From Anditalea sp. (GTDB taxonomy: Bacteria > Bacteroidota > Bacteroidia > Cytophagales > Cyclobacteriaceae), in assembly GCA_035461405.1 (NCBI GenBank), contig DATHVH010000323.1:1626-65625 (forward strand): 64,000 bases of DNA, given 5' to 3'. The notes under the pieces were generated by a model. That model saw only the letters and a list, made by a program, of their open reading frames with translations, was not told where the DNA came from and did no database searches. Below, in pieces: positions 40,701 through 49,762 of the stretch; the first letter of the stretch is position 1, and each line of letters begins with the position of its first letter. The position numbers were made by a program, and so were the translations under genes.

Positions 40701-41886
40701 GAAAATAATATTCAATCTCCTATCTAATGCATTTAAGTTTACACCTTCTGAAGGGAAGATAAATGTTCAATGCATATTTGAAGAAGGTGAACTTGGACGG
40801 GGTACTTTAAAAATAAACTTTAATGATTCAGGAATCGGAATAGAGGAAAGCGAATTGCCGAAAATCTTTGACAGGTTTTATACTTCCAATAACGAAAAAG
40901 ATATATTGAATGCAGGGAGCGGTATTGGCTTATCATTGGCAATGGAGTTTGCTAAAATGCACGGCGGCGACATACAAGTGAAAAGTAAAGTGGGAGTAGG
41001 CTCAGAATTTCTAGTTAGTTTGGATCTACCCTATAGTCTTGATAAGATGATGAGGAGTCAACCGGACGAAAATAATGAAGATTTAGAAGAATTAAATATT
41101 GCAGAAGATAATGAAAAACCATTACTATTATTAGTGGAAGATAATGAAGAATTCCGCCATTACCTGGCTGAATTCTTAAGTGAAAATTACAGAATAGCTA
41201 TGGCACATGATGGGAGGGATGGATTGGAAAAAGCTATTCGTCTTATGCCTGATTTAATTATATCAGATCTGATGATGCCTCACATGAATGGAGTCACCCT
41301 ATGTCAGCAGATAAAAAAAGACATTAAAACTTCCCATATTCCAGTGATCATTCTTACTGCCCGAAGTTCTGAGGAAAAGCACCTTGAAGGACTGGACTCG
41401 GGATGCAATCTTTATATTACCAAGCCATTCAATTTGGATATATTGTTTTCCAGTATCCGTAACTTACTTTCGGAAAGAGAAAGGCTTCAAATCCATTATC
41501 GAAAAGTAATAAGTATAAACACCAGCGAGCAAGAAATAGAATCCCTGGATGATCAATTGATACAAAAAGCCATTCAGGTAGTAGAAAATCATTTGGACGA
41601 ACCTGAATTTTCGGTAGAACAGATGAGCAAAGAGTTAGGCATGAGTAGAGGCCAGCTCTATAAAAAGCTGAGTACCTTAACAGGCAAAAGTCCTGTGGAA
41701 TTTATCCGACAGATCAGACTTCAACGAGCTGCCCAACTGCTAGGTAAGAGTCAGTTAACAATAGCTGAAGTGGCCTATAAGGTAGGGTATAACAACGCTA
41801 AATACTTTTCAAAACATTTCAAAGAATTCTTTGGTACCCTTCCTTCTGCTTATGCAGCAAAAAAGTCTGAGAGCATAGAACTTTAA
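37756..41886 (+). CDS. Hybrid two-component system regulator of the PUL
   Basis: Reg_prop beta-propeller repeats, Y_Y_Y domain, TM, ISHEFRTPLT, HATPase, REC (ISDLMMP), AraC HTH. Confidence 0.95.
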   Translation: MNICKSISFILLSLFWLEVNGQSSSHEYLFKSLEENRGLSNSNVQTIIKDQNGFMWFGTANGLNRFDGNKIRTFYSDISDTTCLTNSSISKLYNGPENNLWVKNVDGNFNIYISDKEIFDRNIGNYASLYSLKSDRVNFVLKDSYNRFWFGHPFEGISVFDPGKDETSYLYQNSKATDALSYNHVSSIAEGKNNEMWVTFQNGTVDVVDGTTFKTIRKYKLANYLDSGLSYELEVFVDADGDGWLYFPDNAFGLTHINASTGKITQIDEHSDTFALYNNLVKGVTENKPGEIWVGTDHGGLNIIDKEKKEIKYITHDPNISQSLSSNSIFSLYKDDEDIIWIGTHKQGLNYYHQGILSFTHIRRNSNVTNSLPSNDINAFVEDTLGNLYLGTNGAGLIYHDRKNDTYRTYINNPNDPFSLAGDVIVDLLIDHEGILWIGTYMNGLSKFDGKTFHNYNHDPYDPNSLSDVNVWKLYEDSHKRLWVGTLRKGLNLFDRRNNNFQHYPVLGDVFRLNNQYISSFVEDKEGNLWVGGGYGIDIINLDTKFHRYISASDENSGLVGNNISELIIDQKGIIWATTSQALNYYDPEKEKFIAYNQKDGLSSDYLISIQEDDRNNFWISSQKGLTYATVDRTENDRYKINFKNFNEKHGLQAAFFNKNASLKTSYGEFLFGGPNGYNLFYSDNIIYDQKEIKILFTDFQLFNKSVPIGNHPNGRQILDKTITNTDHIKLKHDENIFSLDFSTLNLVQDEKLNFRYKLEGFNEEWIIISEPPYRVAYTNLDPGAYRLVVQPANSDGQWSAKEYAMNITILAPFWKTPYAYLIYTIIIVFGIFLARKQLLHNEREKFRRLEESRETRRIKELDKLKTKFFTNISHEFRTPLTLILAPIEKLSKNNTSEEDRHQFQTLQKNAKRLLNLVNQLLDIKNIEKEGLHFNPFEGDIISFIEETVWAFSELSEKKHIQLKLKTDVSYLHTQFDAEKLEKIIFNLLSNAFKFTPSEGKINVQCIFEEGELGRGTLKINFNDSGIGIEESELPKIFDRFYTSNNEKDILNAGSGIGLSLAMEFAKMHGGDIQVKSKVGVGSEFLVSLDLPYSLDKMMRSQPDENNEDLEELNIAEDNEKPLLLLVEDNEEFRHYLAEFLSENYRIAMAHDGRDGLEKAIRLMPDLIISDLMMPHMNGVTLCQQIKKDIKTSHIPVIILTARSSEEKHLEGLDSGCNLYITKPFNLDILFSSIRNLLSERERLQIHYRKVISINTSEQEIESLDDQLIQKAIQVVENHLDEPEFSVEQMSKELGMSRGQLYKKLSTLTGKSPVEFIRQIRLQRAAQLLGKSQLTIAEVAYKVGYNNAKYFSKHFKEFFGTLPSAYAAKKSESIEL

Positions 41887-41931
41887 TTTTTAGAGAATTA
41901 AATACAAACCGGACAAGAAATTTATTATTAC

Positions 41932-41996
41932 AACATTTGATATCCCAATCGGAATCATTTCGAATACCTCTAATAGAGGATTTCTACTTTTATTTG
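41932..41996 (+). promoter_or_regulatory. Putative HTCS operator and promoter of GH5
   Basis: AACATTTGATATCCC and ATCATTTCGAATACC, 22-bp period; TTTATTTG starts 33 nt after the second CATTT. Confidence 0.65.
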
Positions 41997-42029
41997 TGCT
42001 TTAGCACTAAGCCCAAAAAATGATTCCGC

Positions 42030-43010
42030 ATGAAAAATATCCTATATCTATCAATTTTATTACTAATTTCTTGTACAGCTAACTTCGCTGCAGAAGAGAA
42101 AGAAGAAGTTAATTCAAATGGCACGAAAGCATTAGGCCAGTTAAGTGTTAAAGCTAGCCAATTAGTAGATAAAAATGGCCAACCAGCTATTCTCAGAGGT
42201 ATAAGTTATGGATGGCATAACTGGTGGCCTAGATTTTATAATGCAAATACGGTGAAAATCTTTAAGGACGACTGGAATGTAAACCTGGTAAGAGCTGCAA
42301 TGGGTGTAGAACCCGAAGGAGGATATCTAAATAAGCCAGACTGGTCAGTTGAAAAAATAAAGACTGTAGTAGATGCGGCAATTGCAGAAGATATATATGT
42401 GATTATAGATTGGCATAGTCATAATATAAAGCAAGATGAGGCTATTTCATTTTTTACTGAAATGGCTCAGCTATACGGGGATAAACCGAATATAATCTAT
42501 GAAATTTTTAATGAGCCGGAGAAACAAAGCTGGGAAGAAGTAAAAGCCTACAGCATAGAAGTAATTAAAGCTATCAGGAAGCATGATCCAGATAATATTA
42601 TCCTCGTAGGCTCACCGAACTGGTGCCAAGATATCCACATAGCTGCAGATGATCCAATAGAGGGTTTTGATAATCTTATGTATACACTACATTTCTATGC
42701 AGCCACCCATAAAGAAGGATTAAGAGAAAGAGGTGATTATGCTCTGAGCAAAGGTCTACCCCTTTTCGTATCAGAATGTGCCTCTATGGAAGCATCAGGT
42801 GATGGAGAAATCGATCATGAATCTTGGAATGCTTGGGTAAATTGGATGGAAGAGAACAAATTGAGCTGGGTAACCTGGTCTGTTGCGGACAAAAATGAAA
42901 CCTGTTCTATGTTCTTGCCTTCTGCATCAGAGACTGGTCCCTGGTCAGATGACGATATCAAACCTTGGGGCCACATCGCAAGGGAAACTATTACAGCAAA
43001 GCAACAATAG
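42030..43010 (+). CDS. GH5 endoglucanase (subfamily 2-like), probable lipoprotein
   Basis: LISC lipobox, IIDWH, IFNEP acid/base, HFYA, FVSE nucleophile. Confidence 0.9.
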   Translation: MKNILYLSILLLISCTANFAAEEKEEVNSNGTKALGQLSVKASQLVDKNGQPAILRGISYGWHNWWPRFYNANTVKIFKDDWNVNLVRAAMGVEPEGGYLNKPDWSVEKIKTVVDAAIAEDIYVIIDWHSHNIKQDEAISFFTEMAQLYGDKPNIIYEIFNEPEKQSWEEVKAYSIEVIKAIRKHDPDNIILVGSPNWCQDIHIAADDPIEGFDNLMYTLHFYAATHKEGLRERGDYALSKGLPLFVSECASMEASGDGEIDHESWNAWVNWMEENKLSWVTWSVADKNETCSMFLPSASETGPWSDDDIKPWGHIARETITAKQQ

Positions 43011-43198
43011 CAAAGATGAAGTTAAATGGTAGTGGGATTGAATTTATTAATTTCTCGCTCCCCTGTTCCTATTCAAACATCATGATTTAGGGCTTTATAA
43101 ACTTTGACCTGAAGATATATTACGAGGTACAATTTAATTCATATAAATGCATCACCATGCCTCTATTTCCCTCTGAATGCCTTTTTTAAAAGAGTGAA

Positions 43199-43263
43199 AA
43201 CATTTGATACCCTAATTATAAACATTTGAATAACCTTGACTTTGCCGGGGAAGATTAAATTTG
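43199..43263 (+). promoter_or_regulatory. Putative HTCS operator and promoter of susC
   Basis: AACATTTGATACCC and AACATTTGAATAACC, 22-bp period; consensus TAAATTTG starts 33 nt after the second CATTT. Confidence 0.7.
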
Positions 43264-43500
43264 ACCTCAATCGATTGCATTAAACCCAAAATTAATTAAA
43301 AGTATTATCCCTACTTCAATTTGAGGAAAAGGGAAATTTTTAATGGGTGGAATGTATTCTTTTTTTCAATCTAAAACCCAAGACGCTATGATAAAACAAC
43401 TACTTCCTCTTCCTTATCGCTGAACTGCAGTATTTCTAATCCCTGGCTATTATATAGCAGAATCCTTACAAAATATTAACATTAACCTAAATAAAAATTT

Positions 43501-46500
43501 ATGAAAAGACTCTTACCGCTTTTGCTTTTTCTAATAGTGGGAATAGCTCATGCACAAGTAACTATTCGAGGGACGGTCACCTCAGAAACTGATGGCCTTG
43601 GTATACCCGGGGTTACCGTACAGGTAAAAGAAACAAATGCAGGTGTCGCTACAGACATTGATGGGAATTTCTCCATCACAGCAAGTAGTGGTCAGACTTT
43701 AATTTTTCGATCAATGGGCTATAAAACCCGTGAAATATTAATAGAAAACCAAACTACTTTAAACCTCACTTTAACTGAAGACCTAGCCAGTCTTGATGAA
43801 GTGGTGGTAGTGGGATATGGTACCATGAGAAAAAAAGATATGACCAGTGCGCATGTATCCGTCACTTCTGAAGATATCAATAGAACCGTCAACACCACTG
43901 TGGAGCAAGCTCTACAGGGCCGTGCTGCCGGTGTATATGTGACCCAAAACACAGGTGCTCCTGGAGGTGGTATATCGGTAAATATCAGAGGTGTCAGCTC
44001 TATCAGCGGTACTACCGAACCGCTCTATGTAATAGATGGAGTTCAGATTCAGCCGGCTTCTGTATCCTTTGGAGCCACTGCTGCTACCAATCCTTTAGCT
44101 GCGCTGAATCCAAGTGATATAGAATCCATGGAAATATTACAGGGTCCATCTGCGACTGCCATATACGGTTCTAGAGGTACTAATGGCGTGGTACTCATTA
44201 CTACTAAAAGAGGTCAATCCGGAGATATTTTGGTGAGTTATAATTATCTGTACAGTTTACAGGATAAACCTACACCACTAGCTACTATGAACCTTCAGCA
44301 GTATGCTGGAATGGTAGGCGAGATAAACAATGTAATTGGAGGTGAGACTCCTGCAGCTTTCCTAGATCCATCTTTATTAGGTGTAGGTACTAACTGGCAG
44401 AGGGAATTATTTCAGACAGCTGGACTACATAAACACTCACTCAATCTGAGCGGCGGTAGTGAGAAAACAAATTTTTTCCTTTCTGGTGAATATTTTGACC
44501 AGGAAGGTATCGCTATAGGCTCTGGATTTCAGAGATATTCTTTAAGACTCAATTTGGATAATCAGACTAGAAGTTGGTTGAAATTAGGCGTTAACCTACA
44601 GGTATCAGAAACTGATGAGCAACTGGCTACAGGAAGTACCGATGTCATCACAAATGCCATTCAAATGGGCCCGCATATACCTGTCACAAATCCTGACGGC
44701 AGCTGGGGTGGTGCTGACCCTATCAACGGAAGTAGCTTACAGTTTACTCCTGCCAATCCCATAGCTTTAGCCAACCTTTTAGACAGGTCTCTTACCAGAA
44801 GAGGTGTCTTGGGTGGATTTACCGCTGATGTCAATATCGTAGAAGGTTTGACATTCCGTACTCAGCTGAATGGAAACATTAACTATTCTAACGGCAGCTT
44901 TTTTACTCCTACGTATAGACTTGGTGTAGTAAGTAATGATGTAAACACATTGGTAAAAAGATCTGAAAACAGTTTTTATTGGAACTGGGCCCAGATCTTA
45001 AACTATAGCAAATCATTTGGCAGACACTACGTGGATGTAATGGCCAGCCATGAAGCCCAAGCTTCCAGATATGAATTTATGGAAGCTACCCGTCAAAATT
45101 TCCCCTCTAATGAACTTCCTGCTTTAGGTCTGGGCTCTGCCCAAGGTGCTACCAACAGTGGAGGGTTAGGCCATTGGGCTATGGAATCCTATTTCGGTAG
45201 ATTAAATTATACTTATGATGACAGGTATATTGTACAAGGTGCTGTCCGTGCCGATGGTTCAGCAAACTTTGGCCCTGAAAACAGATGGGGATACTTTCCT
45301 TCAGTCTCAGCTGCCTGGAGAGTATCTGAGGAGAGTTTTATGAGTGACTTAAACTGGGTGGATGAATTTAAGATCAGAGTGGAAACAGGCCTAACTGGAA
45401 ATCAGGGTAATGCTGGTGCTATTTTCGCCCCTCTTAGCTCCCCAAGCATTCCAACACCATTTGGAGGGGGATTCCTAGTTTCCAGATTTGGTAACCCTGG
45501 CCTTCAATGGGAAGAAACGCTTACCAATAATATTGGGTTTAATTTAAACTTATTCAACAGTAGGATCCAGTTAGAAGGTGATTTTTATGTAAAGAAAACC
45601 GACAACCTTTTACTGCCAAATCCATTGCCATGGTACATGGGAACTTCAGGTGAAGGAAGTATTGGAACACCTACTGTGAATATAGGAGCGCTAGAAAACA
45701 GAGGTTGGGCTTTTACTATAAACACCATAAATATTGACAATAGAGCCACTGGATTTAGCTGGAATTCTAATTATAATATTTCCGGTTTCAGAACCAATGT
45801 AACTCAATTTTTTAGCGAATCTGCCTTTATTGACAGGACAGCATGGTACATGAATAACTTTACCCAACGTGCAGTGGTAGGTCTTCCACCATGGATGTTT
45901 TTTGGCTATCAGTATGATGGTATCTTCCAGTCTATAGAAGAGATCGAAGGCAGTCCAGTGCCGGCCGATAATAATGGAAACAGACTCCCTACTGGTGTAG
46001 ATGGTGTGTATGTCGGTGATGTGAAATTTAAAGATTTGAATGGCGACGGTATTATAGATGAGCGCGATCAGACTTTCCTAGGCAATCCATGGCCTACCTT
46101 CAGCTTTGGTATGACTCAGCAGTTTAACTATAAAAACTTCACTTTGGATATATTGGTAACCGGTTCGTATGGCAATAAAATCTATAATTTCAATAGATTT
46201 AGAAATACCGATCCTAACAACATCTTCTTGGGAAGGAATATGCTCCTAGAGACTTATGGCTACGCTCAGATAATAATGGATGATCAGGGAAATCCAATTA
46301 TTGCTAACCCTGATACAGAAATACCTAGAATCAATATTACTGATCTCAATGGTAATTTTACTAGGATCACTGACAAATTTGTAGAAGACGGATCATATAT
46401 AAGAGTGAAAAATATCCAGTTAGGTTATCAGGTACCAAGAAGCATGCTGGCTGGGCAGAATGTCGTAAGAGGCGCAAGAGTTTCTTTTGGAGTGCAGAAT

Positions 46501-46653
46501 GCCTTTACATTTACCAAATATTCCGGATTTGATCCTGAAGTGGGTGCGTATGTAGGAAACAATGTTTCTGCAGCCAGTCAATTGATAGGCGTGGATTCCG
46601 GCAGATACCCTCTTACCAGAATGTATACTTTCAGTTTAGGTATTGATTTCTAA
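43501..46653 (+). CDS. susC: SusC-type TonB-dependent transporter
   Basis: LDEVVVVGYG, PLYVIDG, DIESMEIL...ATAIYGSRGTNGVVLITTKRG, C-terminal Phe. Confidence 0.95.
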   Translation: MKRLLPLLLFLIVGIAHAQVTIRGTVTSETDGLGIPGVTVQVKETNAGVATDIDGNFSITASSGQTLIFRSMGYKTREILIENQTTLNLTLTEDLASLDEVVVVGYGTMRKKDMTSAHVSVTSEDINRTVNTTVEQALQGRAAGVYVTQNTGAPGGGISVNIRGVSSISGTTEPLYVIDGVQIQPASVSFGATAATNPLAALNPSDIESMEILQGPSATAIYGSRGTNGVVLITTKRGQSGDILVSYNYLYSLQDKPTPLATMNLQQYAGMVGEINNVIGGETPAAFLDPSLLGVGTNWQRELFQTAGLHKHSLNLSGGSEKTNFFLSGEYFDQEGIAIGSGFQRYSLRLNLDNQTRSWLKLGVNLQVSETDEQLATGSTDVITNAIQMGPHIPVTNPDGSWGGADPINGSSLQFTPANPIALANLLDRSLTRRGVLGGFTADVNIVEGLTFRTQLNGNINYSNGSFFTPTYRLGVVSNDVNTLVKRSENSFYWNWAQILNYSKSFGRHYVDVMASHEAQASRYEFMEATRQNFPSNELPALGLGSAQGATNSGGLGHWAMESYFGRLNYTYDDRYIVQGAVRADGSANFGPENRWGYFPSVSAAWRVSEESFMSDLNWVDEFKIRVETGLTGNQGNAGAIFAPLSSPSIPTPFGGGFLVSRFGNPGLQWEETLTNNIGFNLNLFNSRIQLEGDFYVKKTDNLLLPNPLPWYMGTSGEGSIGTPTVNIGALENRGWAFTINTINIDNRATGFSWNSNYNISGFRTNVTQFFSESAFIDRTAWYMNNFTQRAVVGLPPWMFFGYQYDGIFQSIEEIEGSPVPADNNGNRLPTGVDGVYVGDVKFKDLNGDGIIDERDQTFLGNPWPTFSFGMTQQFNYKNFTLDILVTGSYGNKIYNFNRFRNTDPNNIFLGRNMLLETYGYAQIIMDDQGNPIIANPDTEIPRINITDLNGNFTRITDKFVEDGSYIRVKNIQLGYQVPRSMLAGQNVVRGARVSFGVQNAFTFTKYSGFDPEVGAYVGNNVSAASQLIGVDSGRYPLTRMYTFSLGIDF

Positions 46654-46670
46654 AGCAAAAAACGAATAAT

Positions 46671-48329
46671 ATGAAAATATATAATAACATCAGAAATATA
46701 GCCATGGGTGCTGCGCTTATACTGGGCGGTACTATGGCCTGCTCCCCGGATTTCTTGGATAGACCACCATTAGACGCTATAGTAGATGCCAATTTCTATC
46801 AAAATGATGATCAGGTTCTATCTGCCTCAGCGCCTCTTTATAATATAGTTTGGTTTGCGTATAATGACAAAGCTTCTCACGGATTAGGCGATGCCCGAGG
46901 AGGTGTACTTACCTCCGGATCATACCAACTACAGAATGTAAGATTTAATACCACCGGTGAAACCCCAGAGAATGGAGATGCCTGGAGATCATTCTACAAC
47001 GTGGTAGCCCAGTCTAATTCTATGATAAACAATATCAATACTTTTGCGGGTGAAGCGGTTACTAATCGGATTAAAAACCATGCATTGGCAGAAGGTAGAT
47101 TTATGAGAGCTTTGGCCTACTCCTATCTGGTACAGAATTATGGTCCAGTGCCGATCATTACCAATAATACTACTTTACTTCAAGACACTACCCTTACAAG
47201 GCATACTGAAGAATCTGTGTGGCAGTTTATCATCAAAGATCTCCGCTTTGCTGCAGAAAATTTGCCTGCCCAATCTATTCAGAGAGGAAGACTAAATCAG
47301 TGGAGTGCAGAAGGTATGTTGGCTAAAATGTACCTGACTAAAGCGGGTATAAGCGGAACGAGAAACCGAACCGATATGGATAGTGCTGCATATTATTCCA
47401 AAAGGGTAATTGACAATAGCGGTGCAACATTATTGCCTGAATATGAGGATCTATTTAAAATAGCCTTTAATAATAATGACGAAACCTTAGCTGCACTTCA
47501 GTGGACTTATAATGCAGGCCAATCCAATGCATGGGGAGCACAGAATTCAGTTCAGGCATTCCTGGCATTTGGATCTGAAATCACTGGCTTTGGAGATGGA
47601 TGGGGTGGAGACATTGGCGCTTCCAAATGGATGTTAGAATTATACGATGATCTAACTTTCGATAAAAGAAGAAAAGCTACCTTCATGCTTCCAGGTGATC
47701 ATTACCCATATATCACCCAGGTGCCTCCAGGGGGATCTCCTCAGCAGCTTAGAGTACCGGCACGAAGTGAGGAAGCCGGAAGGGTATATAACACTCGTGC
47801 ATGGGTGAAAAAATATGTAGTAGGAAGACCGGAAGACAATGATGGCCGGGTAGTACAGCAGGGTACGGAAATCAATACCTATATCCTTAGATTGGCGGAT
47901 GTCTACCTAACTTATGCAGAAGCTATCTTGGATGTTAATCCTGGAGAAGCTTTGACATACTACAATTTGGTGAGACAAAGAGCGGGGGTTAATGCTAAAT
48001 CAAGCATTACCTGGGAAGATATTTTCCATGAGAGGATAATGGAATTTGCTATGGAAGGACAGGCATGGTATGAGTTTACAAAGTTGCATTATTATGATGC
48101 TAACAGGGCATATCAGATATTGGCCAACCAAGATAGGGGTACTTTCAGGATTTACCCAGACCAGATACCTAATCCCTCTCTTTGGGAGATCGTAATTCCT
48201 GATTCGGATAATACACCTAGAAACTTTCCGGTCAATTCCAGCAATTTTAGAATTCCAATCCCTTCAGTGGAATTATCTAGAGCACCTAATCTTAGGAAAG
48301 CACCAGTACCTTACAACTTTAACCAATAG
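46671..48329 (+). CDS. susD: SusD-family glycan-binding lipoprotein
   Basis: MAC lipobox, AEGRFMRA, RLADVYLTYAEA, ERIMEFAMEG; follows susC. Confidence 0.95.
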   Translation: MKIYNNIRNIAMGAALILGGTMACSPDFLDRPPLDAIVDANFYQNDDQVLSASAPLYNIVWFAYNDKASHGLGDARGGVLTSGSYQLQNVRFNTTGETPENGDAWRSFYNVVAQSNSMINNINTFAGEAVTNRIKNHALAEGRFMRALAYSYLVQNYGPVPIITNNTTLLQDTTLTRHTEESVWQFIIKDLRFAAENLPAQSIQRGRLNQWSAEGMLAKMYLTKAGISGTRNRTDMDSAAYYSKRVIDNSGATLLPEYEDLFKIAFNNNDETLAALQWTYNAGQSNAWGAQNSVQAFLAFGSEITGFGDGWGGDIGASKWMLELYDDLTFDKRRKATFMLPGDHYPYITQVPPGGSPQQLRVPARSEEAGRVYNTRAWVKKYVVGRPEDNDGRVVQQGTEINTYILRLADVYLTYAEAILDVNPGEALTYYNLVRQRAGVNAKSSITWEDIFHERIMEFAMEGQAWYEFTKLHYYDANRAYQILANQDRGTFRIYPDQIPNPSLWEIVIPDSDNTPRNFPVNSSNFRIPIPSVELSRAPNLRKAPVPYNFNQ

Positions 48330-48362
48330 ACTGTAGCAAGGTAATTTCACAAACCTAAAAAA

Positions 48363-49655
48363 ATGACATTTATGAAAAATATATTTCTTCAACTAAAAAG
48401 CCATCATGGCCTTCTTTCAGCTTTTGTTATGCTGCTGATTATGGGCAGCATGGCATCATGTACGGAAGATGAATTTGACACTTCTGCCCCACCGATTATC
48501 GAAAGGATAAGAAATACAAATCCTACTACTGCTGACAGTTCTTTTGTGAGTGCAACACTCGGTAGTACCTTAGCTATACTCGGAAATAATCTAAGCACCA
48601 CACTCGAAGTTTATCTTAATGATCACCCCCTCGGAGTAAATCCGGCCTATGTGACCAATAATACAGTTATTGTACAGATCAGCGACTCTGTCCCTACCGT
48701 AGCTACTAATCCAGATGTAGTGAATAAACTCCGACTGGTAACCAGAGCGGGGGAAACTACCTATGATTTCCAAACACTGCCTCCGGCTCCTCAGGTACTG
48801 CAGGTAAAAAACCAATATGTAAGTACTGGTGATCAGCTTACCTTATATGGTAGATATTTTTACTTTGTGGATACGGTTTATTTCCCGGGAGAAGATGTAT
48901 ATGTCACTTCTGGTATCCAAACCAACGCTGCTGGAAATACGCTTAATGTAACGGTTCCTGAGGGATTGGATTTTACAGAAAATGCAAATATAGTAGTAGT
49001 ATCTAGAAGTGGTGCTTCGGCTACTAATCGGAATACCCAGATTTATTCTGGTCTAGGAATGGTAGCTGATTTTGATACCCCTGGTGTGCTAAATTGGCCA
49101 TGGGATTGGGGCTGGGGAATTTCGGGTGATATGATACGATCATCTCAGCCCGGCATATCCGCTCTTGACGGAAATTTTGGTGGCATGAATCAAGCATTTC
49201 CTGCCAACTGGGGATGGAATAATGATAAAGTCATCAATCTGGCTGCCTGGAGTGGAGAACAGATGTTTCCTTCAGCTCCTGCCAACCTTTATAATCCGGC
49301 AGCAGCTGCCGCCAACTTTGATATTCGATTTGAATTGGCTATTAGCAGTGCGGAATCCATAGAAGGATTATCAGTACAGATCTGGTATCCCGATAATAAT
49401 GGCAATGAATTGGATTTCTTGATTCCTGTAAACCAGTTTGCAAGAACTACCGATGGAAGTTGGTACACCTTTTCGGCTAATATGACACAGCTTACTAATG
49501 GAAACACTCGATTAAACACCTATGCTGATTTCTTGGCTGGGGACCCGGGAGGGGTAAAGCAGCTAAGAATTCTAATCCAGAATACCACAGGAAATGATAT
49601 AAGAGCCAGTGTGGGTATAGATAATATCAGAATAGTACGCGCAGTGTTACCTTAA
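48363..49655 (+). CDS. Surface glycan-binding lipoprotein (SGBP-B-like, IPT/TIG domains plus Trp-rich domain)
   Basis: MASC lipobox, two Ig-like repeats, WPWDWGWG and NWGWN, position after susD. Confidence 0.75.
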   Translation: MTFMKNIFLQLKSHHGLLSAFVMLLIMGSMASCTEDEFDTSAPPIIERIRNTNPTTADSSFVSATLGSTLAILGNNLSTTLEVYLNDHPLGVNPAYVTNNTVIVQISDSVPTVATNPDVVNKLRLVTRAGETTYDFQTLPPAPQVLQVKNQYVSTGDQLTLYGRYFYFVDTVYFPGEDVYVTSGIQTNAAGNTLNVTVPEGLDFTENANIVVVSRSGASATNRNTQIYSGLGMVADFDTPGVLNWPWDWGWGISGDMIRSSQPGISALDGNFGGMNQAFPANWGWNNDKVINLAAWSGEQMFPSAPANLYNPAAAAANFDIRFELAISSAESIEGLSVQIWYPDNNGNELDFLIPVNQFARTTDGSWYTFSANMTQLTNGNTRLNTYADFLAGDPGGVKQLRILIQNTTGNDIRASVGIDNIRIVRAVLP

Positions 49656-49762
49656 TGATAATATAAGTGCAAATGTTCTCATATAATTAAAGGGTTTTAT
49701 ATTATTCATGGAGCAGCTTTTGGCTGCTCTAAGTCTATAATACTTATTTAGTTTGTCAATAA

